Of a stretch of DNA of 64,000 nucleotides, positions 63,651 to 64,000 are shown in pieces (positions within the stretch are counted from its first letter, which is position 1; each line of letters begins with the position of its first letter). Position numbers and translations under genes: made by a program. The DNA comes from Raillietiella orientalis (taxonomy: Eukaryota). The stretch is from the NCBI GenBank assembly GCA_036172245.1, contig JAYWIR010000021.1, positions 1,054,001 through 1,118,000 of the forward strand. Direction: 5' to 3'. Under the pieces are notes generated by a model, which had not been told where the DNA came from, ran no database searches, and saw only the letters and a list, made by a program, of their open reading frames with translations.

Positions 63651-64000
63651 ATGCGAGAGAGGGTGATCTCGAAGCCAGCAAGCTGTCTGGTGATGAAAAA
63701 TGAGGTGATGTGTTCCAAGAAAGAAAAGGCATGCTGACTGCGACCAAAGCGTCTTAGCGTTTTCTGAGATGAGGAATTCGGACGATCCCCCTATCCGTGA
63801 TGGAGGGAACTGGCTGGCTGGATGCTAGCTGGTTTTCCGGCGCAACATTAGCGACCCCTTAGTTCTGGCAAGTGCAGATAAAGGAGGAGGGAGGAGATCA
63901 TGAAAAATGAGGAGTGCGCTGTGCGCAGCACTGAGGAGGAGGATGGAATGCTCAACTCAAATCGACCGCTCTACCCCTCCTTTACCTTCGCTGGCATGGA

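Overview
Eukaryotic, very GC-rich, microsatellite-rich animal DNA, most likely arthropod judging by the Zfh1-type finger sequence and the miRNA sites. There is no sign of prokaryotic operons, CRISPR, rRNA or tRNA. The one host gene I can support is a minus-strand zfh1/ZEB/zag-1 orthologue (zinc finger E-box-binding homeobox). I reconstructed 8 coding exons with GT-AG junctions and consistent phases: 27651-27573, 14711-14520, 11684-11470, 11043-10903, 10722-10600, 10502-9201, 8626-8413 and 8314-8130, totalling 2451 nt or 816 aa. The protein has an N-terminal RRKQxxP NuRD-type motif, an N-terminal finger cluster, a homeodomain, a PLDLS CtBP motif and three C-terminal fingers. The standout signal is in the 3' UTR: a 22-nt site (8063-8084) almost fully complementary to miR-12, with the architecture of a target-directed miRNA degradation (TDMD) trigger. 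It sits among seed matches for miR-7, miR-71, miR-8/200, miR-92, miR-279, miR-1 and miR-252. Also seen: a candidate alternative first/poison exon (12566-12102) that would remove the NuRD motif, a ZEB E-box/CCAAT/CRE module in intron 1, RFX/Sox/Hox motif clusters, and ~36 kb upstream with only decayed retroelement fragments. Nearly all ORFs in the supplied track are GC-rich noise. miRNA and protein reference sequences are quoted from memory and need database confirmation.
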